Origin: Candidatus Heimdallarchaeota archaeon
GTDB lineage: Archaea; Asgardarchaeota; Heimdallarchaeia; Heimdallarchaeales; Heimdallarchaeaceae
Reading direction: 5' to 3'
Assembly: GCA_018238545.1 (NCBI GenBank)
Contig: JABCTC010000021.1
Location: 9,385 to 33,384 of the forward strand
DNA length: 24,000 nucleotides
Below the pieces are notes generated by a model, which saw nothing but the letters and a program-made list of their open reading frames with translations, made no database searches and was not told where the DNA came from. Each line of letters opens with the position of its first letter. Positions within the stretch are counted from its first letter, which is position 1. Shown in pieces: positions 15,977-23,556 of the stretch. Both the position numbers and the translations under genes were made by a program.

Positions 15977-16210
15977 ATGGCAATAGCTTTCATCCTGATT
16001 AACAGTGAAATAGGAGAAGAAAAGAGCGTACTCGACCAACTTATGTCTCTTCCAAATGTCAGTGAAGCCCATGTAGTCTATGGTGTTTATGACCTAATTG
16101 CGAAGATTGAAGCAGATACCATGGATGAATTAAAGAAAATTGTTACAGAAAATCTCCGAGCACTGGAGAATGTACGTAGCACAATGACAATGATCTGTGT
16201 CGAGAAATAA
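15977..16210 (+). CDS. Stand-alone Lrp/AsnC-type ligand-binding (RAM) domain protein
   Basis: 'MAIAFILINSEIGEEKSVLDQLMSLPNVSEAHVVYGVYDLIAKIEADTMDELKKIV...' follows the beta-alpha-beta-beta-alpha-beta AsnC_trans_reg pattern with no HTH. The ATG at 15977 is preceded by GGTGA 8 nt upstream. The track start at 15959 is a TTG. Confidence 0.75.
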   Translation: MAIAFILINSEIGEEKSVLDQLMSLPNVSEAHVVYGVYDLIAKIEADTMDELKKIVTENLRALENVRSTMTMICVEK

Positions 16211-16318
16211 ATTCTTCCTAAAATACGTCATATTTTTCTTGCTTCAACATAGTTGATACTTTACATTTTTTTATGAATTCAAATAAATTTTAAATAAGAG
16301 TCACTAAACCTTATCATC

Positions 16319-17044
16319 ATGAGTTATGAAATAGTGTTCGAGATATTATTATTATTATTTGGTTATTTTTGTGGTTCTATTCCTGTAGCTTATTTGATTG
16401 GAAAATTTGGTCATGGTATAGATATAAGAGATTATGGTTCCGGAAATATGGGAACCGCCAACGTTTTAAGAACACTTGGAAAGAAAGCTGGGTTAACAAC
16501 ACTAGTTTTAGACATGGTTAAAGGATCAGTAGCTGTTCTATGTGCCAGGTTTTATCTTTGGTTTGGTGGTTATGACATTTTTGGAACTAATGATAGTCTT
16601 GGTTTTCCTGCTACACTAGATGAAGGGTTCTTCTTAGCCCTAGTTGCTTTTATGGCTGTTCTCGGTCATAGTCTTCCTGTTTGGTTAAAATTCAAAGGAG
16701 GAAAATCTGCTGCAGTTGGAGCAGGAGCGATATTAGCAGTCAACCCAATTGCTTGGATTATAATTATGGTTATCTGGTTCGTCCTCTTGAAAACTACAAA
16801 ACTAATGTCTCTCTCGAATTTATCTGTAACATTAATTTCTATTCCCTTGTATTGGTATTTTGGAGGTAACCTTTGGTTTAACAATCAGAGTTTATGGGCT
16901 TTAATAGTAAGTGTAGCGATGGCTGTTTTTATCTATTGGAGGCACAGAGCAAATATTAAGCGTCTTCTTACTGGTACAGAAAGAAAGATGGGTCAAAAAG
17001 TTGATGTTGAAGAGGAGAAGAAAGAAACGGCGGAGGCTAGTTAG
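16319..17044 (+). CDS. plsY: PlsY-family glycerol-3-phosphate acyltransferase (acyl-phosphate dependent type)
   Basis: All three PlsY motifs are intact: 'GSGNMGTANVLR', 'LDMVKG' and 'HSLPVWLKFKGGKSAAVGAG'. The protein is multi-pass hydrophobic. A TATA-like 'TTTTAAATAA' is centred about 27 bp before the ATG, which would suggest a leaderless mRNA. Confidence 0.85.
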   Translation: MSYEIVFEILLLLFGYFCGSIPVAYLIGKFGHGIDIRDYGSGNMGTANVLRTLGKKAGLTTLVLDMVKGSVAVLCARFYLWFGGYDIFGTNDSLGFPATLDEGFFLALVAFMAVLGHSLPVWLKFKGGKSAAVGAGAILAVNPIAWIIIMVIWFVLLKTTKLMSLSNLSVTLISIPLYWYFGGNLWFNNQSLWALIVSVAMAVFIYWRHRANIKRLLTGTERKMGQKVDVEEEKKETAEAS

Positions 17045-17100
17045 TTTTTTCTTTTCTATGTTTCCAAAAATATATATTGGTTTGAAGTTATACTAGGCTA

Positions 17101-18654
17101 GTGAAAAATCCTTTCAAGAAACCCCTATTTACTTCACTTTTTCTTGCTTTTTTAATTGTGGTTGGCTTAAGTGGTTTTTTCATCGCTAAAACTATTCTTG
17201 ACAATTCAACTGGCTTTGAGTTGGATATCATTTCTGTTGAAGAAAATACTACAAAAGGAAACCCTGTCAAGATAGTTGCTGAAGTTTTCATTGGTAAAAG
17301 AGGAGACGTATTAATAGAAAATATTCAATTTGGTATTTTCTCTGAGGAATATGATTTCAACACCACAACCATTCAAGAAATTAACCAAACTAAAAGTGGA
17401 AAAGCCAGTTACAACATAACAGTTTTCTTGCATCCCCTACTGAATTCAAGTGAGGGGTTCTATGCATTGAATGTAGGTGAGTATAACTTGTATTCAGTTA
17501 ATATTTCATTTGGAGAACAACTACCTACTGTGTTTAAGAAAACAAACTTTGATTTTAGTATAACTAATCCAGGAAAGGAGGAAAAAGCCACAAATGGAGA
17601 TTTTAGGAATGAATCAGCTGGATGGGAGATTAACAAACTAGACTCTACGCTTATTACTGACATAGAAACCTCTTCACCATTAGATGGATCTTCATTCCAC
17701 ATTTCCAATATTGACAATATTACAGTAACCAACTCAACGTGGGTTTCAATATCTCAAGACATGAATTTAACAAATACACACTTCGTTTCGTTTGAGATAC
17801 TCTTAGATAAACCAGGTGTTTTAGGGGTTAACTTAACCATTAACGATATTCCACAGACAATGAGTCTAATCTTAACTGAAAGCTCGTCAACAGACCAGCT
17901 TATCTATTTTGAGCATACTGAAGGCATAGCCAATGTCACTCTTCAAATCATTTTTACAGAAATTACAGAATATTCCAATGTTTACTTAGATAATATATCG
18001 GCAGTTAGTTATGAACATAGAGTGTTTATTGTTGCACTAAATGACAATTGGGAAGTGATGGACGATAAGATTATTAGAAAAAGCCCAATCATAGGAATTA
18101 CTAATGCATCGTTATACTTTGAAAAAGATTTAGGCATCAAACTCATGCCAATATTGGAATTAAACTGGCACCCCCCTACAACCGAATATCCTGATGTTTA
18201 TGACTATAGTAAACAAATAACTGGAGATTTACTTAGTTTAGATGGCGGGTGGGATGTAATGTCTGGTAGATCTTCAAGCAATAATGGATTTGATTTTCTA
18301 TCTTGCTTCTCTAACCAAACAAGTGATCACTTCGGTTTTGCATTTCTTGAAAGTAACATAGCTTTCCATTTTGCTAGGTCTCGGGAACTAGAAAATTATA
18401 TTGAAGACTATTTTCCAAATGGTTTTAGCATCCCTGAAGAATGGGTAGAAAACATTATTCAGCACGAAATTAGTCATGATTTTGGAGCACTAGATAGAGA
18501 TAGAGCTATCTACCCTCCAAGTATAATGAGTAAACCATATTCAGCTGAACAAGCTTTAGCAGATTTAGCTATAAGCAAACTCTGGTCGCAAGTAAATAAC
18601 TGGCTACTAGATGACATATTGTTAATGCTAGCAAATAGAGAGATGTTTGATTGA
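17101..18654 (+). CDS. Membrane-anchored extracellular metzincin-like zinc metalloprotease with a CBM/jelly-roll-like middle domain
   Basis: GTG start. The N-terminal anchor is 'LFTSLFLAFLIVVGLSGFFIA'. 'ATNGDFRNESAGWEI' resembles the start of CBM4/9-type domains. 'HEISHDFGALD' (18463-18495) is followed by 'PPSIMS', a candidate Met-turn with its Met at 18526-18528. I count 16 N-x-S/T sequons. Confidence 0.65.
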   Translation: MKNPFKKPLFTSLFLAFLIVVGLSGFFIAKTILDNSTGFELDIISVEENTTKGNPVKIVAEVFIGKRGDVLIENIQFGIFSEEYDFNTTTIQEINQTKSGKASYNITVFLHPLLNSSEGFYALNVGEYNLYSVNISFGEQLPTVFKKTNFDFSITNPGKEEKATNGDFRNESAGWEINKLDSTLITDIETSSPLDGSSFHISNIDNITVTNSTWVSISQDMNLTNTHFVSFEILLDKPGVLGVNLTINDIPQTMSLILTESSSTDQLIYFEHTEGIANVTLQIIFTEITEYSNVYLDNISAVSYEHRVFIVALNDNWEVMDDKIIRKSPIIGITNASLYFEKDLGIKLMPILELNWHPPTTEYPDVYDYSKQITGDLLSLDGGWDVMSGRSSSNNGFDFLSCFSNQTSDHFGFAFLESNIAFHFARSRELENYIEDYFPNGFSIPEEWVENIIQHEISHDFGALDRDRAIYPPSIMSKPYSAEQALADLAISKLWSQVNNWLLDDILLMLANREMFD

Positions 18655-18728
18655 TTTACTTAAGCTGTAATAACAAGAACGAAAAGCTTAATTACATAAT
18701 GAGGGGCAAAATAGTGAGAGACATTCTC

Positions 18729-18837
18729 GGCCGGATGGTCTAGCTTGGTATGGCCCTGGGTTTGGGACTCAGTGATCCCGTGTTCAAAATAACTTCAGAT
18801 GCGCTCTGAAATATTGAAAATCACGGTCCGGCCACCA
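18729..18837 (+). tRNA. tRNA-Pro (anticodon UGG) with a 32-nt intron inside the T-loop and encoded CCA
   Basis: The sequence reads GGCCGGA-UG-GUCUAGCUUGGUAUGGC-C-CUGGG-UUUGGGA-CUCAG-UGAUC-CCGUG-[39 nt]-CACGG-UCCGGCC-A-CCA. The acceptor, anticodon and T stems all pair. Removing 32 nt from the 39-nt segment restores the T-loop UUCAAAU. Confidence 0.75.
18789..18820 (+). other. tRNA-Pro T-loop intron (32 nt; exact junction ambiguous within the repeated AAAAU, anywhere from 18786 to 18789 at the 5' side)
   Basis: The exon UUCAA (18783-18787) pairs with the intron UUGAA (18814-18818). AAU is left as a 3-nt bulge on each side. An inner hairpin forms from UUCAGA-UGCGC-UCUGAA. Confidence 0.55.
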
Positions 18838-19150
18838 TCTTCTTTTAACTTCCAAATTTTTGCAAGGTATGATTTCATAGTTATTTCAAACACAATTACT
18901 TTTTGTAACTTGTTCAAAACCTATCTTATCATAGATGTGGGTAGTTGATTTATATAAATACTATTTAAAGACGTTACAACTATAGACTATTTTTCTGAAA
19001 TTTACCTTTCTTTCTTAAATAATGTGAATTTTCTTCTTTCTTTGTTTTTTCTTTAAATAGTGCTTGTTTAATATATATTTGTTCAGAATTATGTTCTAAT
19101 TGTCCCCCCTAATGCGGGGATGCTTTAAAACACAAAAAAGGTGAAAAAAA

Positions 19151-20371
19151 ATGAACAAAAATCTGAAAAAAATAACAACAACACTTTCGTTTCTTATGAT
19201 TGTGTTTCTTGTTGCAAATATTGGTAATGTTGTTGGTTGGGGCTTTGATCCTGGAGACCCTCCAGCTGATACAATTGCTCCTAATGTAGCTATCACTTCC
19301 CCTTCTAATGGGGCAACTGTTAGTGGAGTATTTACAGTATACGTATCTGCAAGTGATAATGTTGGCGTTTACAGAGTATACTTCTATATTGATGGAGTCT
19401 ATAAGGGATATGATTCTACAGCTTCTTATAGAAAGAGCTTTAACGCAGCTGACTATAGTAACGGTGGCCATTCTATTAGAGCTACTGCTGTTGATGCTGC
19501 TGGAAATGTGCGATCAGATACTCATTCCGTCACATTTTATACTCCTCCTCCCCCTGATACCACAAATCCTACTGTTGAAATAGTATCGCCTGATGTAACA
19601 TATAATTATCCTTGGATAGAAGTTAATGGAGATATTACCATTAAAGCAAATGCTGGTGACAATGTTGCGGTTGACTATGTACAATTTTACATCAAGGATT
19701 CTGACACCTCTGAAGTAGTTGTTGATCTTGGTAGGTTCTATAATGCTCCCTATGAAACAATTTTTGATACAACAATTTTAGCAAATGATATCTATCAATT
19801 ACAAGCAAAAGCTGTTGACACAAGTGGAAATTATAGAACTGACTTTGGTTATTTCATAGTTGTTAACACTCCTGATGTTATTGATGCCAGATTGACCTAC
19901 AGCCATACTTTCTATACTACTTATGATTGTCGTGACCCTGGAGGGTTTGAATATGAGGCCTGGATACAGATAGACATGACTGCAGTAGTAGAATTTAGCT
20001 ATACAAGTGGAGTAGGTTATGATTTTACCTATTCTGAAGTTACCTATGAAACCTCATGGGATACTCTAATGTTATCTCCATGGAAATGTGATCCTGTGAT
20101 ATCCAATCGTATTGATTGTCCATATCAGATAAGTTTTAATCCTGGAGAGGATGGTTTTGGATCTAATGGTCCTTACACTCATTCAAAGGATTGGGTAGAA
20201 ACTGAATCTGACGAATGGCCAGATGGTGGGCCATATTCTCGAGTAGTAATTGCATTTATTGTAGTTGGTAACAGCATATACATCGAGTATGAAACCACAA
20301 TATTCTTCTTAAGTGTAAGTGGAGCATTGGATATAACAGAGAGCCTTACCTATGATAGTTGGAATTTCTGA
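19151..20371 (+). CDS. Secreted/surface protein with two tandem Ig-like domains and an uncharacterised Cys-containing beta-rich C-terminal domain
   Basis: The signal or anchor is 'ITTTLSFLMIVFLVANIGNVVG', and GGTGA lies 8 nt before the ATG. Two homologous modules are present: 'DTIAPNVAITSP...SASDNVGVYRVYFYIDG...ATAVDAAGN' and 'DTTNPTVEIVSP...NAGDNVAVDYVQFYIKD...AKAVDTSGN', typical of bacterial/archaeal Ig-like repeats. Confidence 0.65.
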   Translation: MNKNLKKITTTLSFLMIVFLVANIGNVVGWGFDPGDPPADTIAPNVAITSPSNGATVSGVFTVYVSASDNVGVYRVYFYIDGVYKGYDSTASYRKSFNAADYSNGGHSIRATAVDAAGNVRSDTHSVTFYTPPPPDTTNPTVEIVSPDVTYNYPWIEVNGDITIKANAGDNVAVDYVQFYIKDSDTSEVVVDLGRFYNAPYETIFDTTILANDIYQLQAKAVDTSGNYRTDFGYFIVVNTPDVIDARLTYSHTFYTTYDCRDPGGFEYEAWIQIDMTAVVEFSYTSGVGYDFTYSEVTYETSWDTLMLSPWKCDPVISNRIDCPYQISFNPGEDGFGSNGPYTHSKDWVETESDEWPDGGPYSRVVIAFIVVGNSIYIEYETTIFFLSVSGALDITESLTYDSWNF

Positions 20372-20603
20372 TACTGTCTGAAGTCATAAACTAACTAAAT
20401 ACAATTTTTTTTCTTTCTCTTTTTCTAGCCATTTATTCGCTTTTCTTATTCGCCAACAATACTATTATCCTTTCTAAGTTAATTTTTTTGAAGGTGTTTT
20501 GTTTAGGGATTATCCTACAGATGTCACTTAATATTTTCTATCCACCTTCTTATTTTGTCTCCCTTATTAGAAAAGAGGATGTTAGATATAGGAGGGTACC
20601 TTG

Positions 20604-21692
20604 TTAGAAGAGATCCTCATTTTTTATTTGATCATCAAAAAATTTGTGAAATTTTCTAGGGAGATCACTATAAGTTATTTGATTCAAATATGGGGTCATG
20701 TCTGCTGAGCTTTTCGAATTCCAGAAAAGCACAACTTCATTTTTTGTTACTTTGTTTTTCTGACAATAGTCAATCAAACCCCCAAGTGTTTTGCCTGTAT
20801 ATGTATGTTCCAACTTTAATTCGTCTTTTCTAGCAAGATCAATCGCTTCTAATGCTTCTTTTGTTGAAGCTCCATATTTCCCTCCAAAGTAAGAATGATC
20901 TACTACCAGTCTATTTTCTAGTTTTTCTGAGACATTAGGTATTGAAGCATCCTTGTTTCTCATTATTAACAGAGCTTTTTTAGCTAACTCTATCGTTTTT
21001 TGTTTGGAGCTTCTAGAGGGGTCTGTTACACCTATCCCCACAACTTTTGTCTTAGTTTGAGCTAGTTCCAAACCCAATACTAAGCCTGCACAAGTAGCAA
21101 GAGAACCTGCAGTAACAAATAATTTATCAGGTTCAGGTATGAGTTTTTTTTCTATTTGTTCCTTAATTTCAAAAGCGGCATTGACAAAACCAAGTGTTCC
21201 AAGTGGTGAACTCGCTCCAAGCGTAATAAAATATGAACTTTTATCCAACATCAATTTGATTTTCATAGCTAGTTTTCGATGGAACGGATTTCTCATCAGG
21301 TGAAGTTTAGCACCAAAGAAGTGATGACAAAGAAGATTTTCTCTTACGCCCTCAGAAAGCGGTTGTTCTAATACAAAGAGATGGGTGCTTAAACCAAAAT
21401 CCCTTGCTGTAACAGCTGTAGCTAACCCGTGGTTTGTTCCAATGCCCCCTAAAGTAACTATTGTCTTTTTTCCTTTTTTTAAGATGTCTGCAAAAACAAA
21501 CTCGTATTTACGTGGTTTGTTTCCCCCATATATGGTATGTGTTAAATCATCTCTTTTAACCCAAATATCTCTTTTGAGAGTTTTACTTGTTTGTTCCATT
21601 TTATGAATGGGGGTGGGAGAATTAATAATGGAGACCCAAGGTATACTAGTTAATTTTGGATACTTCTTAAACAGAGGTGTTTTTTCAACCAT
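20604..21692 (-). CDS. PLP-dependent enzyme of the ACC deaminase / D-cysteine desulfhydrase family (tryptophan-synthase-beta fold)
   Basis: 'YGGNKPRKYEFVFADILKKGKKTIVTLGGIGTNHGLATAVTA' contains the family's PLP-lysine block (GGNKxRKLEF) and the glycine-rich loop. The substrate cannot be told from sequence alone. Confidence 0.8.
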   Translation of the reverse strand: MVEKTPLFKKYPKLTSIPWVSIINSPTPIHKMEQTSKTLKRDIWVKRDDLTHTIYGGNKPRKYEFVFADILKKGKKTIVTLGGIGTNHGLATAVTARDFGLSTHLFVLEQPLSEGVRENLLCHHFFGAKLHLMRNPFHRKLAMKIKLMLDKSSYFITLGASSPLGTLGFVNAAFEIKEQIEKKLIPEPDKLFVTAGSLATCAGLVLGLELAQTKTKVVGIGVTDPSRSSKQKTIELAKKALLIMRNKDASIPNVSEKLENRLVVDHSYFGGKYGASTKEALEAIDLARKDELKLEHTYTGKTLGGLIDYCQKNKVTKNEVVLFWNSKSSADMTPYLNQITYSDLPRKFHKFFDDQIKNEDLF

Positions 21693-21785
21693 CTATATCG
21701 TGAACTCTAACTAAAACATGTTCTTGAACTTTTTCAAATAAAGTTACAAAAAACAAACATTATATTTTACTCCAATAAAATATCC

Positions 21786-21854
21786 TTGTTGAGAATATGA
21801 TTGGGTTACCCCTGTCTGATTAATGATGTATCATAAGAGGCTGATTCTCAACAA
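21786..21854 (+). ncRNA. Candidate box C/D guide sRNA
   Basis: A 10-bp terminal stem pairs UUGUUGAGAA with UUCUCAACAA. Between them lie box C AUGAUUG (21797-21803), a 12-nt guide, D' CUGA (21816-21819), UUA, C' AUGAUGU (21823-21829), an 11-nt guide and D CUGA (21841-21844). A TATA-like TTATATTTT at 21760-21768 and a T6 run at 21863-21868 flank it. Confidence 0.5.
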
Positions 21855-21971
21855 TTTCTACCTTTTTTGAAAACGTAATAGAAGAGTTGGAATAAATATG
21901 AGAATAGTACAAAACTTATTATCTCGAATTTAAGTATTGAAACCAGATTTATTTGTTGGAAAGGTTCTCCT

Positions 21972-23039
21972 ATGCCAGTTACTGTAAAATATGAAAAAGG
22001 GATTAAAATAGTTAAAAAACCTGAGAATCTTTCCTTTGTAGCTGATCCTACCACAAACACAGCATCGCGAGGTAGTCATGCAACTTTTATAACACATGCC
22101 CACACCGACCATTCCATAGCTTTTCCTGATGCAGCAACTAAAGTTTTCTCCACAAAAATAGCTAGTGAGTTATATGAAAAACTAACCACAAAAAAACCAA
22201 AAAATACACGTTACTTTACTTTTGGGAAGACACAAAAAATAGAAGATATAGAAGTGAAATTCATTCCCGCGGGTCATTTATTGGGTGCAGCGCAGATATT
22301 GTTCTATTTTCCTGACATGACGATTTGTTATACCGGTGATATTAGTACAGATGAAATGATTACTGTACCAAAAGCACAAGTCCCGGATGATGATATTGAC
22401 ATATTGATTACCGAAGCAACTTATGGAACTAAGGATCTTTATTTTGATACGAGAGAAAGAACAAAAATATCTCTTCTAAAATGGATTGCAGAAAACTTAC
22501 AAAAAAAATACACACCAGTTATTAATTTAGGTCATCTTGGAGCAGCACAAGAGCTTATTGCTTTCCTAAACAACATGCTTTCTGTCGACATCTTCTGTGA
22601 CACTAGAACTAGTAGAATAAATCAAACTTACAAAGATTACAAGGTTCCATTGAACTGGGAAAACTTTGAAGAGATAGACGTAAGTATATTTGAGCCAGAA
22701 AACACTGTTGTGCTTCTCCCCCGAGCATGCAATAACCTTCCTCACTTTTTAGATGGTTATAAAATTTCAAGAGGAATGGTAACTGGACAAGCAGCAAGAT
22801 TCGCTTACAGAAAATTCGATCAAACATTTCCTTTCTCTATGCATGCTAATAGTCAAGAACTTGTAAATTATGCTGAGAAAATCAAACCAAAAAAGGTGTA
22901 TACTCTATATGGTTTCGACTCTGAACTGGCAGCGTTGATAAGACACAAATTAAAAATCCCTGCAAGGCCATTAAAACTTGCAGACAAAAAACCAACATTA
23001 GATGAATATCTAAAAGAAAGCAAAGAAAATGGAGTTTGA
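21972..23039 (+). CDS. Short metallo-beta-lactamase / beta-CASP family nuclease
   Basis: MBL motifs are 'THAHTDHS' (HxHxDH), 'AGHLLGAA' and 'YTGDIS'. Beta-CASP motif A is 'ILITEATYG' and motif B is 'FSMHANSQEL'. The C-terminal 'KKVYTLYGF' sits where motif C is expected. Confidence 0.8.
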   Translation: MPVTVKYEKGIKIVKKPENLSFVADPTTNTASRGSHATFITHAHTDHSIAFPDAATKVFSTKIASELYEKLTTKKPKNTRYFTFGKTQKIEDIEVKFIPAGHLLGAAQILFYFPDMTICYTGDISTDEMITVPKAQVPDDDIDILITEATYGTKDLYFDTRERTKISLLKWIAENLQKKYTPVINLGHLGAAQELIAFLNNMLSVDIFCDTRTSRINQTYKDYKVPLNWENFEEIDVSIFEPENTVVLLPRACNNLPHFLDGYKISRGMVTGQAARFAYRKFDQTFPFSMHANSQELVNYAEKIKPKKVYTLYGFDSELAALIRHKLKIPARPLKLADKKPTLDEYLKESKENGV

Positions 23040-23050
23040 AAAAAAGAAGA

Positions 23051-23542
23051 TTATAGTAAATATTCGCTTTCTTCTTCAGTTTTTTCTGTTGATTTTTCAA
23101 TCACTCGAACTGCATCACCAGATATTTTTACGGGTATTTGTAAATCCATTGCTAGAAGTTCAACAGTTACTTCTTCTTTTCCTATATTTATATCTATGAC
23201 CCTTGCTCTTGATCCTTTGAATGGTCCACTAATTACCTCGACAATATCATAGATATCTACACCTTCTATAACAGGTCTTGGTATTAGAAAGTGGTCTAAT
23301 TGTTCAATTGGAATTTCTTCAGCTCGAGAAGCTCTAGGTCTTTTGCGAACATGTCTCATTCCTTCTACTAGAAGTTCTACTTCATCTATAGATTCAGCTT
23401 CAACAAAGATATACCCTTTTAACCCTCCAGGCACTAACACAGAATAGATTTTAAGATGGGGGCGAAATTCTGCCCTACGATTTAAGTGTTCACTTAAGGA
23501 TTGTTCTTGACCCATTGTTGTTCTAAGAGCATATATTGGCAT
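23051..23542 (-). CDS. spt5: Transcription elongation factor Spt5 (archaeal NusG)
   Basis: The NGN domain reads 'IYALRTTMGQEQ...GYIFVEA'. The KOW motif reads 'VISGPFKGSRARVIDINIGKEEVTVEL'. It sits directly downstream of secE. Confidence 0.9.
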   Translation of the reverse strand: MPIYALRTTMGQEQSLSEHLNRRAEFRPHLKIYSVLVPGGLKGYIFVEAESIDEVELLVEGMRHVRKRPRASRAEEIPIEQLDHFLIPRPVIEGVDIYDIVEVISGPFKGSRARVIDINIGKEEVTVELLAMDLQIPVKISGDAVRVIEKSTEKTEEESEYLL

Positions 23543-23556
23543 ATTATCACTTCTTT

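Noticed and set aside
18660-18691. A 7-bp inverted repeat, TTAAGCT...AGCTTAA, just after the metzincin stop codon as a possible terminator hairpin
   Set aside because: The stem is short, A/T-rich and separated by an 18-nt loop, which is near chance expectation in this AT-rich DNA. Archaeal termination does not require hairpins.
19096-19583. ORFs 19096-19296 and 19109-19471 (minus strand) and 19308-19583 (+ strand) overlapping the 5' part of the Ig-like protein gene
   Set aside because: These are antisense or out-of-frame readings. The 406-aa frame has a signal sequence, an SD-like GGTGA and two clear homologous Ig-like modules.
21848-22112. Two minus-strand ORFs (70 and 60 aa) in the intergenic region and across the start of the nuclease gene
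   Set aside because: They are short, overlap each other and the MBL gene start, and have hydrophobic junk-like composition. The region is better explained by promoters, the C/D sRNA candidate and its T-tract.
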